From Eledone cirrhosa (taxonomy: Eukaryota): a stretch of 64,000 nucleotides of DNA. Position numbers and translations under genes: made by a program. Numbering within the stretch: the first letter of the stretch is position 1; each line of letters begins with the position of its first letter. The notes under the pieces are model-generated. The model ran no database searches. It was given only the letters and a program-made list of their open reading frames with translations, and had not been told where the DNA came from. This document shows, piece by piece, positions 13,395 to 27,309 of the stretch. The stretch is from assembly GCA_964016885.1 (NCBI GenBank), contig OZ024757.1, positions 36,828,001 through 36,892,000 of the forward strand. Direction: 5' to 3'.

Positions 13395-13975
13395 CCTTTA
13401 AGGTTCAGTAATGTGTCTCTCTAAGGTCTGTGCCCTAATTAGCTGCCTACTTGGCATCAATTGTAGCACCAGCCCTGTATGTAAAATATACAAATATGTG
13501 TGATCATTTATGGTTCAGTAATGCACCTTACTGATGTCTGCACCAGAAGGGGCTGCCCTAGTTGGCCTTAATGGTAGTGCCAGTCCTGTATAAAACTGTG
13601 ATCCTTTAAGGTTCAGTAAGGTGCCTGTTCTGAGGTCTGTGTACTATATGGCTGCTTAGTTGATCATTTAAAGTTCAGTAAGGTGCCTCTCTGAGGTCTG
13701 TACACTAGATGTAGCTGCCATGGTACCCTTCTGGGGTCAGTGCTCTAGAGGTAGCTGCCTAGGTACCCTTCTGATATCTGTGCACCAGGTGGCTACCTAG
13801 GTACTTCTCTGAGGTCTGTGCACCAGAGGTGGCTATCTAGGTACCCCTCTGAAGTCTGTGCACCAGAGGGGGCTGCCTAGGTACCCCTCTGAAGTCTGTG
13901 CACCAGAAGGGGCTGCCTAGGTACCCCTCTCTGAATTCTGTGCACTATGTAGTTGCCCTAGTTAGCCTTAATGGT
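13395..13975. repeat. Minisatellite, ~40-bp unit (ctgaggtctgtgcaccagaggggctgcctaggtacc)
   Basis: Degenerate tandem copies, best conserved at 13760-13930. Confidence 0.75.
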
Positions 13976-15455
13976 AGCACCAGCCCAGCCACTACCACCC
14001 CCACCACTACCACCATTCCCCCCCACCCTACCACACACTATTACCTCTATGTTCTATGTTGGTATTGACCTAGGGACATATGTTTAGTCATAAATCCAAT
14101 CCCTTCTGCTATCTCTCTCTCCTCCTATCCCTACAGTTTACATATATAACATTTACTATACATTCACACCTATCTTCATTTAACACTCTATCAGGGCAGG
14201 GCGTATGGAGGGTGGGGGACGTGGTGGTGGTGGTAGGGACCTCTGTGAAGGGGGGATGGATATTTCATGTAAACCCCTTCCCAAACAAAGATTTCTCTCT
14301 CTCTCTACCCCTCTCTCGCTTTTACTTAAGGGTAGTTGTTTTTTAAGACACCTTCAGTACTCAACCAAACCCCCACATACACCCATATATGCACACACAC
14401 ACATGCTTCCACACACAGACAAATGCACACACACACACACAGACACTCTCAAAGACAGACATACAAACACACGCTTCCACACACACAAGATAATCTTTGT
14501 CTATTTTTAGCAATTTCCACAGAATTCTTGGGGCATTGAAAACAGTAAATATACCCTAGTTGCCAAACCTTTACCAGATTAGCTTTTTGACATGGTAATT
14601 CCCCCCTCCCCATCTCCCACACTCTTCCTCTCTTTATCTATCTCTCTGTCTTGATTTCTCTCTTTCTCTATCCATCTATCTATCTATCTACCTATTTCTC
14701 TCTATCTCTATATATAGATAGATAGATAAATTTTGTCTTACTATTCTTCAAACTTATAATTATATATATATATATATTTGTCTCTTCTAATTCTCTCTCT
14801 CCTTATCTATCTATTTCTCTCACACCCTCTCTCTAGTTATCAATCTATCTCTGTCTGTTTGCCTGTATTCCTCTCTCTCTCTCTCTCTCTCTCTGTATCT
14901 ATCAGTCTATCTGATTCTCTATCTATCTTTCTATGTTTCTATCTGCCTCTCTATCTATCTATTTGTCACTCACCCCACCTCCCATATCATCTCTTCTGAC
15001 AAACACCACATGTTAACCCCCCACACCACCACCACCACCACCACCACCACCACCTTCTGTAGACATTAAAAGATAACACATTATTTCAACACATTTCAAT
15101 GACTCTGCTTAGTTCATTCATTAAAACTATTCTTTCCTCTTTGACCTTTCTCAAACGAGGAGTGGAGGGATGTAGGGGTGGGGCATGGTCACAGGAGGGG
15201 TGAGGGAAGGTGGAATGTCTTTGGGACCAACTAAAACAAAAAAAAACAACAACAACAGAACAAACTAACAAACGAACACACAAAAAAAAATCTCCATATT
15301 CAAAACAATCAAAAGGATTAAGGCTTTGGTCTGGGTCTCTCATTTAACTTTCTTTCATACCACTGAAGACAAAAAACAACAGCAATTGCTTAAGAGGGGT
15401 CATGTTGTTAATAAACACACATACACCAGTTGAATTTCTCTTTGGGTTTTATTAA

Positions 15456-15677
15456 CCCTTTAGCATTTAAACCAGCCATATCTGTCCAGGGTTGTCTCAC
15501 CTCTTTCTGTTCAAACCAGCCATAAGTGGCCACACATAACAATGTTAAGGTATTGTTCTCAAAATAAATAACATCAAAATCTCATAGATTCGATGTTATG
15601 TGAGATAATTATGTGAGGTAAATCCTTTACCACAAAAAATATAATAGTAAATATAGAGTAATGTAAATGCTAAAGGG
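15456..15677 (+). mobile_element. piggyBac-type MITE, full length (222 bp)
   Basis: ttaa-CCCTTTAGCATTTA...TAAATGCTAAAGGG-ttaa. Confidence 0.88.
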
Positions 15678-15771
15678 TTAATTAAGTTAGATAACTATTT
15701 CTCTTGGTTAGTTTAGTAAATATAAATAGACACTTTATAGTATATATATACAAATGGAAGTTTAATAAAAT

Positions 15772-15949
15772 TGAAGTTTTGGCTGTGGCCAAGCTAACGA
15801 TATACAATAAGGAATGTGCAGCAAAGCACTCGATAAGGTTGTGTCACCTTAGAGTAATAACATACGTTAGATAGCTTGACAAATTGAAAACTGCAGCAGG
15901 TAAGCCTAGCCACATAATACCAAAGCAACGAAAAAACCGATCAGGTTAG

Positions 15950-15955
<6 letters not shown>
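15772..15955 (-). mobile_element. (TA)n-embedded non-coding element, Penelope pseudo-LTR-like 3' part
   Basis: Reverse complement aligns to 31637-31736 plus 31959-32050; contains GAGTGCTT. Confidence 0.55.
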
Positions 15956-15990
<35 letters not shown>

Positions 15991-17599
15991 AACCAAAACA
16001 GAAACACAAACCCTACATCTCAATTTTACTTTTGAAAATCATAAGAACTGTGAAACCAGTAAAGTAAATAAATTTTCTTAAAAGACTCCAGTTATATTTT
16101 CAATTTCTTTTCCATTGGAAAAAAACAAGAATTTGGAGGGATTTAGTATGATGATAAACACTTTAAAATGAGAGAGTTTTTTTTTTTTTTGGTATCCTAG
16201 AAGGAGTTAATAAAAGTTAATTAAAGTTTGATAATCTTTAACAGGAATAGAGGATAGAATGTAGTAAGTCAGAAGCAGCTATGATCAGTGTTTGTTGACC
16301 TATTTAGTGTAGAGAACTTCACTGATAAGAAGAAGGAACTACAGATTTCTATATCATTTAATTCCTATATAACCATCGTCTCCACCTTCATATTTAAATC
16401 TTTTAGTATGGACCCCAGTTGTGATACAGTGTATGACAAAAGCCTGGCCCTTTGAAACGATCCAATAAGTTTCCAAAAACCTTCTCTCTCCCCAATTTTA
16501 CTCACAAGACAATATGTCAACCCAAGGCTATGGTAAATGACATTTGCCTCAGATGCTATACCGTGGGATTAAACTCATTACCTTATGATTGCCAAGTGAA
16601 CTTTTTAACTATTTGGCCATCCTGTGTCCCATTAAAAACTTTGAATATTATTATAAATGACTAATAAGTTTCAAAAAGCCAGTATACAATGCAATAGAAA
16701 TATATAAAGGGCAAATGATGTCAAATAAAACTAAAAGTAATTTTCTACCCAGTATATTTCAGGGCTAATACCCTCTTATCAAATGTGAAACAGAAACATT
16801 TCAAAACAAAAATGAATGATTGTACAAATCATAGTATTATCTCGTAAAGGAAATGTTTACAAGAAGTGAATTAATGTTCCATTCTACTGAATGTTTTAAT
16901 GGTAACTATCACACCAACATTAGATGGGGGTCGGCAGAGAGAAGGGTATTTTGTTCTTAAGGTAATTATCCAACAAACAATCACTGTAATTAATTAACAT
17001 AATTAGTGTGATACAGAATATATCTTGTCACCTATCCCAATAAAACATGTTATTCAGAAAATCTTATTTACCTATAAACACAATTTATATTAAAAAAGAA
17101 AAAAAATAGAAGAAAGATAGACAGAAGACATGCACACTCAATCACACAAGGGGTGTTGGAGTTTCCCTCCTCTAATAATTTTTGAGGTAAGCCAATACAC
17201 TAACAGCATTCCTGAAGGTGATAGCGAGGCTAAGACACTGTAATAACCAAGCACCCTCATCAGGAGAATCAGCTGATACCTCGGTAAGTCAAGCTGCCAT
17301 AGATTTATAAACAATGAGTTCAAAATTATATCCACTTAACATTAAGAACACTTCTTAACCCTTTTAACATCAAACTTGCCTGAAACCACTCCTGGTCCTA
17401 CAATACTAAGCTGTTTGTTTTAAAGTGTTTAAAGTGTACACCATCATCATCACTGTTTAATGTCCATTTTTCCACACTAGCATGGGTTAGACAAGTTGTC
17501 CTGTAGTGAGACAAGTCAAGTTAGATAACCACGTCTTGCTCACACAGAACTGATTCTGGCTTGGTTTCTATGACTGGATGCTCTTCCTAATGTCAACCC

Positions 17600-18195
17600 C
17601 ATTTACAGTGTGTACTAGGCACTTTTTGAATTGACACCCACAACCACTTTATAGTGTGTACTGGACACTTTTTGTCATGACACCTACACGACCACTTTAT
17701 GGTATGAACTCAGCACTTTTTGTCATAACACCTACATGACCACTTTACAGTGTGGACTGGGCACTTTTTGTCATAACACCTACACAACCACTTTATAGTG
17801 TGGACTGGGCACTTTTTGTCATGACACCTACACGACCACTTTATGGTATGAACTCAGCACTTTTTGTTATAACACCTACATGACCACTTTACAGTGTGGA
17901 CTGGGCACTTTTTGTCATAACACCTACACAACCACTTTACAGTGTGGACTGGGCACTTTTTGTCATGACACCTACACGACCACTTTATGGTATGAACTCA
18001 GCACTTTTTGTCATAACACCTACATGACCACTTTACAGTGTGGACTGGGCACTTTTTGTCATAACACCTACACAACCACTTTATAGTGTGGACTGGGCAC
18101 TTTTTGTCATGACACCTACATGAAGTGTGGATTGGGAGCCTTTTGTCATGATGCCTACACAATCACTTTTACAATGTGGACTGGGTGCTTTTCGT
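17600..18195. repeat. 48-bp minisatellite with 144-bp higher-order period
   Basis: Variant ggtatgaactcagcac recurs at 17701, 17845 and 17989. Confidence 0.92.
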
Positions 18196-18519
18196 CATAT
18201 GCATATTTATCTAAAAGCATTCCATCACAATTTTATGTAAGAACCATTGTTAAGTTATGTTCCAAACAATATACAAACCACAAACTACGATTATCAAGAC
18301 TGGCTAAACCACAGACTACAAACCATAAACCACAATGGTCAGTCAGTCAGTCAGTCAAAGACCGGCCGGCCGGTGGCTTTATTTGATTGAACTAGACCTG
18401 CTGGCTTTCATTTGAAAGCTGTTGATATAGCTTAATCAATCGATCATACAGCGAATTTCCTGCGATCGATTATGCCAAAAATATAATCTGAAACACCGAA
18501 AATAAATATTCTAAAGAGA

Positions 18520-18606
18520 TAAAAAAAGAAAAAAGAAAAAAGAAAAAAGAAAAAAGAAAAAAGAAAAAAGAAAAAAGAAAAAAGAAAAAAGAAAAAAGAA
18601 AAAAAG
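18520..18606. repeat. (AAAAAAG)n
   Basis: Seen directly. Confidence 0.95.
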
Positions 18607-18709
18607 CTAAATTAAAAGCATCACTCAGGATTTCCTCTGAACAATAACGAACATTGAAAAATAAAACAGAAAAAAATTATATTTTATGATATATTATGTT
18701 ATATTATAC

Positions 18710-18788
<79 letters not shown>

Positions 18789-19553
18789 GAAAGGTATAGA
18801 AAATATTGTAGCAAAAAGCCATATATATAATATAATAAAATACATATATATAATATAATAAAAATATATATATAATATAATAAAATATATATATATATTA
18901 TATTTAAATATATTTTATATATCATATATATTTTATTATATTTTATATATATATCATATTTATATATATTTAATATATTATATATATATTTTATTATAGT
19001 ATATATATATTTTTATTATATTATATATATGTATTTTGTTATATTATATATATTTTTTATTATATTACATTTATATTATATATATATATATATATATATA
19101 CTATATTATATATATATTATATATATATTATAAAATTTATAGAAATGCACTTAATTCAAGCTAAAATGAAGATTACACTGTTGCTCATTATAAAAGCCGG
19201 CTTCATTAGTTTCACATTGAATGCTTTGAAGAGAAAACTATGGTTCTACGTGTTGGTCATCGAAAGCCACTTTGACCTGATGTTGCCATTTTTAGCTGAT
19301 TTAAGTGCATTTTTTTAATTATATATATATATTTATTTTATTTGTATTTTTTTATGATGGTGTACATTATGACTAATAGGTACTACTGTTGTATTTGTTG
19401 GTGCTTTAGAATATTACAATATTTTATTTTTGTTCCTTGTATGTATGTCTATATATATATATGTATGTAAAAGGTAAATGGAAATAACAAAACAAACGGC
19501 ACAGTATATGGAAGGAATATGTTAGTTTAATGCTTGAAATAGCAGGAAGAAGG

Positions 19554-19589
19554 TCTTAACGTTTCGAACACTAGTCCTTCATCAGACTA
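19554..19589 (-). ncRNA. Minimal type I hammerhead-like motif, partly decayed (family B)
   Basis: Minus strand GU-CUGAUGA-AGGACUAGUGUUC-GAAA-CG-UU-AAGA; stems I and II imperfect. Confidence 0.55.
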
Positions 19590-19960
19590 TATAATGAGAA
19601 AAAGAAGATAAAAGAGAAAGATAAAGGGTGAGAAGAGGAGGAGAAAAAAAAAGTGCCATTATATCATCCTCATCACTCTTTAACATCTATTTTCCATTCT
19701 AGCATGGGTTAGACGAGTTGTCCCATTGTGAGACAAAATCAAATCGAGTGATCATATCTTGCTCATACAGAACTGATACATAGACTCAGAGGCACAGATA
19801 CACACAGACACATATATGAGGATCTTCTGCAGTTTCTGTGTCCCAAATTCCACTTAAAAGGCATTTGTGAACCTGAGGCTATAGTTGAAGACATCGGCTC
19901 AAAGGGGCCACACAATAAGACTGGACACAGAACCAACTGGTTGCAAAGAGAACTCCTTAA

Positions 19961-20157
19961 CTCTTTAGCATTTACATTACTCTATATTTACTATTATATT
20001 TCATGGTAAAGGCTTTATCTCACATAATATCAAATCTATGAGATTTTGATATTATTTATTTTGAGAACAACATTTTAACATCAGTATGAGCAGGTGGTTA
20101 CAGCCAGTTTGAACAGAAAGAGGTGAGACAATTCTGGCTGGTTTAAATGCTAAAGGG
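19961..20157 (-). mobile_element. piggyBac-type MITE inserted in a SINE
   Basis: TTAA duplicated; paralogous empty site gaactccTTAAaccactcagcc near 20375. Confidence 0.88.
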
Positions 20158-20186
20158 TTAAACCCCTCAGCCAAACACAGATATAA

Positions 20187-20229
<43 letters not shown>

Positions 20230-20718
20230 TAGATATGTATGTGAATTTTCTGCAGTTTTCATCTACCAAATTCCACTTACAAGGCATTAATCAACTTGAG
20301 GCTATAGTAAAAAAACATTGGCCCAAGTTGCCACATAATAGGACTGAACACAACCAACTGGTTGCAAAGAGAACTCCTTAAACCACTCAGCCAAACACAA
20401 CACACACAGAGACAGACAGACAGACAAACACACATACTTATATATATATCATCATCATCGTTTAATATCCATCTTCCACACTACCATGGTTTAGATGGGA
20501 TTGTCCCACTTGAGGCAAGATTGGTCAGGTGACCGTGTCTCGCTCGTGTAGAAATATATATATATATATATATATTAAAGAGTTAAACAAGATTCAATGA
20601 GTACATCAAAGAATGAGTTTTACAGTAGATTGGAAGCACTCTACAGTAAATAATTTTCCAGAGTTATTAATATTAAAATACAAATATTAATAAAATAGAT
20701 GTTCTTTTGATCAATTAA

Positions 20719-20771
20719 ATTTTATTATACATATTTCGGAGGTACAACAGTACGTCCTCATCAGACAAAAT
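20719..20771 (-). ncRNA. Type I hammerhead ribozyme motif (family E)
   Basis: AUUUUGU-CUGAUGA-GGA(C)GUAC ugUU GUAC(C)UCC-GAAA-UAUGUA-UA|AUAAAAU. Confidence 0.75.
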
Positions 20772-20846
20772 ATAATGATACATGACATACCCTGAGATGT
20801 TATATGGTTAAGATTTAATCAAGGTAATAGACTACCTTGATTTGTA

Positions 20847-20900
<54 letters not shown>

Positions 20901-22167
20901 GGTCTTCTGCAGTTTCTGTCTCCCAAATTCCAGGCTATAGTTGAAGACATTGGTGCAAGGTGCCACACAGCAAGACCGAACCCAGAACCAACTGATTTCA
21001 AAGAGAACTCCTTCAACCTCACATACATGCCTCTACCAATATACATTATACACATTATATACCTGGAGCTCAACAAGATAATTCCTTCACTGAGGGAAAC
21101 ATAGTTACAGTTACGTAGTATGTGCTATAGGTCTGTATAGCCGGTAATTAAGATTCCAGCTTTGCTGGTGAGAACAGAGTGAGTGATTGAATAATTATTT
21201 ACATTTCTACAAAATATACACAACAGCTAATGTTTATATATATATGTTTATATATATATGTATGTTTATATATATATATATTCCTGTAAATTCGACTTCT
21301 TCCTTTCTAAATCTTGAAAACAGTTTCAGTTTGTTTTGTTTTTTCTTTGGTTTTTTTTAATTTTTTTTTTTTGCAACACAAATTTATTCCAGTGTAGCCA
21401 TGGCAACTAATACCAGAGTGGGACTTTGAGTGAGGTTAGGGTTAATGTTGAGTGTGAAGTTACACCACCACCACAACCACAACACCACTACAACCATCAC
21501 ACCACCACCACTAAGGGCACCACCACCACAACCACAACACCACTACAACCATCACACCACCACCACTACCAGCACCACTAACACAACCACAACCACCACC
21601 AACACCACTACCGCTACAACTGCCACAACCACAACAACACCACCACCACCACCGTCACACTCACCATCACCACCACCACAACCATCACACTACCACCACC
21701 ACCACCAGCAACACACAACCAACCACATCTATAACAATCCTGGCTATCAATTGATGAACTGAGATAACAGCAATGATGTTTTATCTGATAAAATAGTTTT
21801 CACTGAACTGTAAATAAAAAAAAATAAAAAAAAAGAACAGAAAAGCTCCTTCCCCCTCAAGTTCCCCACCAATACATGAAAGAGATGTTGGAAATAGTTA
21901 AGGACACGCTGGACAAATCTCTACATGTTAAAAACAAATATGGAAGTCAGCAGCTATACACTATATTCATTGATTAACCAGCAAGAACTGTTTAGTTAAA
22001 GATAAGAGAACTTATAAAAATCAATAGCAATTCTCTGGAACAACTGATGGTGGATGGTTTTTATCACTCTTATCTACTCACCGACAGCTGATTTGATAAA
22101 GCTTAGGTTTAAACAGTGCAAATAATAATAATAATAGTTTCTACTTTAGGCCCAAGGCCAGCAATGT

Positions 22168-22530
22168 TTTCATCTATGTGATCATGGCTCATCTGTGATC
22201 ACAGCTCATCTATTTGATCTTGGCTCATCTATATGTTGATGGCTCATCTATGTGACCATGGTTCATCTATGTAGACAGACACAGCTCATCTATGTGGACA
22301 GACACAGCTCATCTATGTGGACAGACACAGCTCATCTATGTGATCATGGCTCATCTTTGTAGACAGTCACAGCTCATCTATGTGATCATGGCTCACCTAT
22401 GTAATCACAGCTCATTTATGTAATCACAGCTCATTTATGTAGACAGACATATGTCTCATCTATGTGATCATAGCTCATCTACATGGACAGACACGGCTTA
22501 TCTATGTGATCACAGCTCATTTATGTGCAT
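22168..22530. repeat. Minisatellite, 19-23-bp unit (cagctcatctatgtgatca)
   Basis: About 17 copies. Confidence 0.88.
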
Positions 22531-23269
22531 CAGCTTCTCATCAGATCCTCAAATAAAAACACCCTGCTACTTAAGCTAAGAATACAAGCTAAAAATATGA
22601 GCAAAATAAGAATTAAAAAAATATGGAAGAAAATATTCCATTCGGCCTAAAGGAAAATATACTGAGGTGGAATGAAACTTAATATCTAAAAAAAACTTGG
22701 AACCATCCTGGCAAAATTTCTTAAATTAGAGATTTTGCATCAATTGTGATGCGATATTTTGGAAATGTTATGGAGGTAATGGCTAGGGTTAACCAACCAA
22801 CCATGGGACCTTAATTGATTATGAGAGCTGCTATGGGTGGAGAAGGATTGTAGCTGTCTGATACTGCAGCCAAACAATTATGATGGTGGTGGTGGAGGTG
22901 GTAGTGGTGATGATAATAGGGGTGATGATGATGCTGCTGGTGGTGGCGATGATGATAATGGTGATGAAGGTAATGATGATGATGATGATGATAATGATGT
23001 GAGGAATGTTACAGCAAACACTGTAGGTAAGGTTTAGACAAAAAACAAAGAATATGGCAGAATAAAAGCAATACAGGAGAAGTTAGACAGTACACAGGCA
23101 CCAAAACAGACCTTATCTATTTCCATATCAACCCAACCAAAACCATGCCTGTTTCTATGAAACAAAACCACCTATTTTGAAGTATTCTTATTTAAATTAA
23201 AACCTTTCAACATAGTTTTATATAAGAACTGTTTGTTAAGTTACTATCTTTGTAATTAAATAATTAACC

Positions 23270-23412
23270 ATGGGCGGAGGTGGTGAGAGCTGACCTCAGA
23301 TCTCTGAAGCTCACAGAGGAGATGACGAAGGACCATGATGAATGGAGAGATGCTGTGCTGAATAGGACCTGTCGCACCCTTGCAAGCAGGGAAAAGCAGA
23401 CGTATGATGATA
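23270..23412 (+). mobile_element. RTE LINE 3' fragment
   Basis: WAEVVRADLRSLKLTEEMTKDHDEWRDAVLNRT followed by an (ATG)n tail. Confidence 0.75.
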
Positions 23413-23481
23413 TTAACCCAGCCAAAACCAGCTTTGTTTCTATGAAACAAAACCCATTCATTTTAAAGTGTTCTCATTTAA

Positions 23482-23698
23482 CCCTTTAGCATTTAAACTG
23501 GTAGTATCTGGCCAGAATTTCTCACCTCTTTCTGTTCAAACTGGCTGTAACTGGCCACTCATACTGATGTTAAGGTATTGTTCTCAAAATAAATATCAAA
23601 ATCTCATAGATTTGATATTATGCGAGATAATTATGTGAGGTAAAGCCATTACCATGTAAATATAATAGTAGATATAGAGTAATGTAAATGATAAAGGG
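23482..23698 (+). mobile_element. piggyBac-type MITE
   Basis: Same TIRs; empty-site paralogue near 23185-23210. Confidence 0.82.
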
Positions 23699-24948
23699 TT
23701 GAATTAAAATCTTCCAGCATAATAATATTGTATAAGAACCATTTGTTAAGTTACTGTCTCAGTAATGAAATAATTAACCATTTTGACACGAAACTAGCCA
23801 AAACCGTCTCTGGATTTATGAAACAAAGCCATCTGTTTTAAATTATAATCTTTCAGTCTTTTATATAAGAACTATTTGTTAAACTTACTATCTCATTAAT
23901 GAAATAATTAATAATTTTAGTAAATCCCATAAAATTCTTCATTAATTAATTGAAATAGAGTGTATTTCAATAGAAACATGGTCGGGGAAGGGGTTGGGGA
24001 ATTCTCAGGAAGAGTCAGCTCGACACAGTGTCTGGCAAGGCTGGCCTTTTGAATTATAGGTACACTCCTTTTTACAAACAGTTTCTGTCTACATGGGTGA
24101 GCCCAAAGCTGTGATAAATGACACATGGCCATGATGCCACACAGTGGTATTGAACCTGGGATCTAATGGTTGCAAACTTCTCAATCACTCATCCATGATT
24201 GATAACTTGGATGGGATATATATAGAACAGAAATAACAACAACACACAAACAAATAACACACACACATATATGCTATACCGGTACTTGTAATATAGCACA
24301 CACACACACACACACACAGCCAGACACACAAATACATGCATGCACATATATTATGCCAGTGTATGCAATATTGCCCACAAACACAAACAAACACACACAC
24401 ACACACACACACAATACCAGTATTTGTATTATTACACCCAACCAAATGCAAACAGACCCCTAGAAAAAAAAAGACAAAGCAAACCCCCAAAAGACAAAAC
24501 AAAAACAAAATACAGAACCCTCCACCTCCCCATCTTCCCCTACCCCACCTCTAAAAAAGAAGAAATAACAAAGAAACAAACCAAAACAGACCCAAACAAC
24601 ACCAAAACAAGACCAAATATCCCAGTACAAGACCTGACAGGTCGTACCACGCAATATATATAATGGTGCAACACAATAGTGCAGGACAATAACACTGTCA
24701 TGCATAATAACACAGATTATTGTGCATGACAAAGAACACTCTCAAACACCCTCCACCACCACCACCTCTACCTCCACCACCACCACCTCTACCTCCACTA
24801 CCACCACCACCACCATCTCCTCCTCCAAGAAAAACAACAAAACCAAAAATTATATATAAAAAAAAAAAGAACAACAAAAAAGATAAATAAATAAATATAT
24901 AAAACGACAAAAGCAACAATGAGTGGTGATCCAGGAAAGAAATGATGA

Positions 24949-24982
<34 letters not shown>

Positions 24983-26283
24983 GATGGTGGTGATGATAAT
25001 AATAATGATGATGACAATGATAATAATAGTTATGATGATGATTATGATAATGATGATGATAATGATGATGGTGATGATAATAATAATAATAATAATATAA
25101 AAATGATTGATTAGGACCCCCCCCTGTCCTCCTCTTCCTACAGCATGGCTCCCCACTGTGACTCCCTGCTGTCCACTACTGAGGAACACATTACATATGG
25201 TCTTGGAAACCATGGAAATGAAATATGAAATAGTATTATTACAATGGCTATAATGGGGGTGAGGGGTGGTGGGTCGACTGACAGAATCAGTAGAGCATTG
25301 GACAAAAATTCTTTGCAGCATTTAATAGCAGCCCCTTTTTAAGTTTTGAGTTCAAATCCCGCCAAGGTTGACTTTACCTTTCATCCTTTCTTGGGTCAAT
25401 AGAATAAAGTACCAGTAAACTACTGGGCTTATATACTGTTGGGCCTCAAATAATTGGTAGAATCTAATCTAATCTAATCTGGCCAAGTTTACACTCGCAA
25501 ATAAGAAGAACCAGGGCCGCCCCTAGGAGCATTGGATTTGGTATACTTCATATTTGTTTTGGTTGTTGAATAGAATCAGGGGTCACTGCTTCTCCTGAAG
25601 GTCAATAGTTCTCTTCTAACTCGAGTGGGAGCGCCTTTCTATCGTCAATTTGCATTGATCATCTGCAAAGCCAACATTGTTCTCAGAACCACTACACCAG
25701 TCTTTCGATGTGTGCAGCTGGAACTACTGCCACCCATTGATTTGGCAAGATTAATTGGTAGAGCGTTGGACAAAAATTCCTTGCAGCATTTAATTGCAGT
25801 CCCCTTTTTAAGTTTTGAGTTCAAATCCTGCCAAGGTTGACTTTACCTTTTATCCTTTCTGGGGTCGATAGAATAAAGTACCAGTAAACTACTGGGGTTG
25901 ATACGCTCTTGGGTGTCAAATAATGCCCTCCTCCTCTCTTCCCCACTTATTAAATTTTGTTAATCTATCTCTGGCAAAATTTTATTTTAAGTGGTAGACA
26001 TATTTTTCTTTTTTTAATCGATCGATAAGATCAGTCCTCATTCACTTACCAAGTGGGGAGAACATCGTCAAATCGGACCAAGGAAACAATGTTTCCAATG
26101 GTCTTTCCATTGTCGATACTATCTACCGGCCGCAACTACTGGTAGAAGGAAAATGTGAAATAAAGTGTCTTGCTCAAGGACACAGCACATCACATAACCA
26201 AAAAAAAAGTACATTACTAGAAATCCCATATGTTATAAAATAGGATGAGTTGAGGGTCTCAAAATATAAACTAAACTAAACTA

Positions 26284-26453
26284 CCATATTTCCCGGCATT
26301 GAAGATGCTACTGTTTCCCTAAAATAAGTCTCAAAAATCTATACCATGTGTCCTGGAAGCCGAAGGTTGTTTATTATTTTTTTTCAAATTTTGGGTTTTC
26401 AAAATTAGGGTGCGTCCTCGAGGACGAAGCGTCTCCGGCACCTGGAAATACGG
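26284..26453. mobile_element. Degenerate Tc2/pogo-like MITE
   Basis: ta-CCATATTTCC.GG ... CCTGGAAATACGG imperfect TIRs. Confidence 0.5.
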
Positions 26454-27309
26454 CAAACGACTAATACTGGTTAGTTACGTCTTCCTGCTCTTTATGTTCC
26501 AAGTTCAAATCCCTGTTTAGATATTATTACAACCCAACACTCTAACCACTCTGCCAACTCACATTTTCCAAACCCCTATCAGTGCCACAACGCCCACCCC
26601 CCACCATTGCTCTCCCACCCCCACCCCAAAAAACGTTAGAAAGATCAGTCAACAAGACACCTCAAATACCAGAGTACCTAAAATAGCTAACACTGGTGTA
26701 AACAAAAAAATAATATATATATATTTCCTAGTTCCTCAAATTGAAGAAGGAATTCCAGTTATTCTACACCTTTTCCAAAGAGTTTTTCACTCTACAAGAA
26801 GAAGAAAAAAAAAAAAAAAAAAATGAAATAAAATTCCTCGTTTGTTCAGTTCACCGCAATTCTTTTCTCTATCTAACATTTGCACCATTAAACATAGTTT
26901 TTAAAGTTTCTTTGACTGCTTCTCAAATTTCACCAACACCACCACCTCTTTCACCTTCAATATCACCTACACCAACCTCCAATACCACCACCACTTCCAC
27001 CTTCATCTCCAATACCACCTAACACCAACACCTCTTCTACCTTAAATACCACAACCTCCACCGTCAATACCATCATCTCCATTTCCAATACCACCATCTC
27101 CACCTTCAGTACCAACAACACCAAAACCACCACCTCTTCCACCCCCTTCAATACCACCAACACCAACCTCCAATACTACCTACATCTTCAATACTGCCAC
27201 CACCACTTCCGACTCCAATACCTCTACCACCAATACTACCACCTCCACCTTCAACACCTCCAATACCAACATGCCTTTTGAGTTCCCTGCAGACTATATT
27301 GAACAAAAT

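Noticed and set aside
17600-18195. CRISPR-like appearance of regular repeats (also 22168 and 62342)
   Set aside because: No unique spacers, no cas genes, eukaryotic context.
25175-25220. CUGAGGA...GAAACCAUGG hammerhead-like motif
   Set aside because: No UH triplet or stem I, and stem II is poor.
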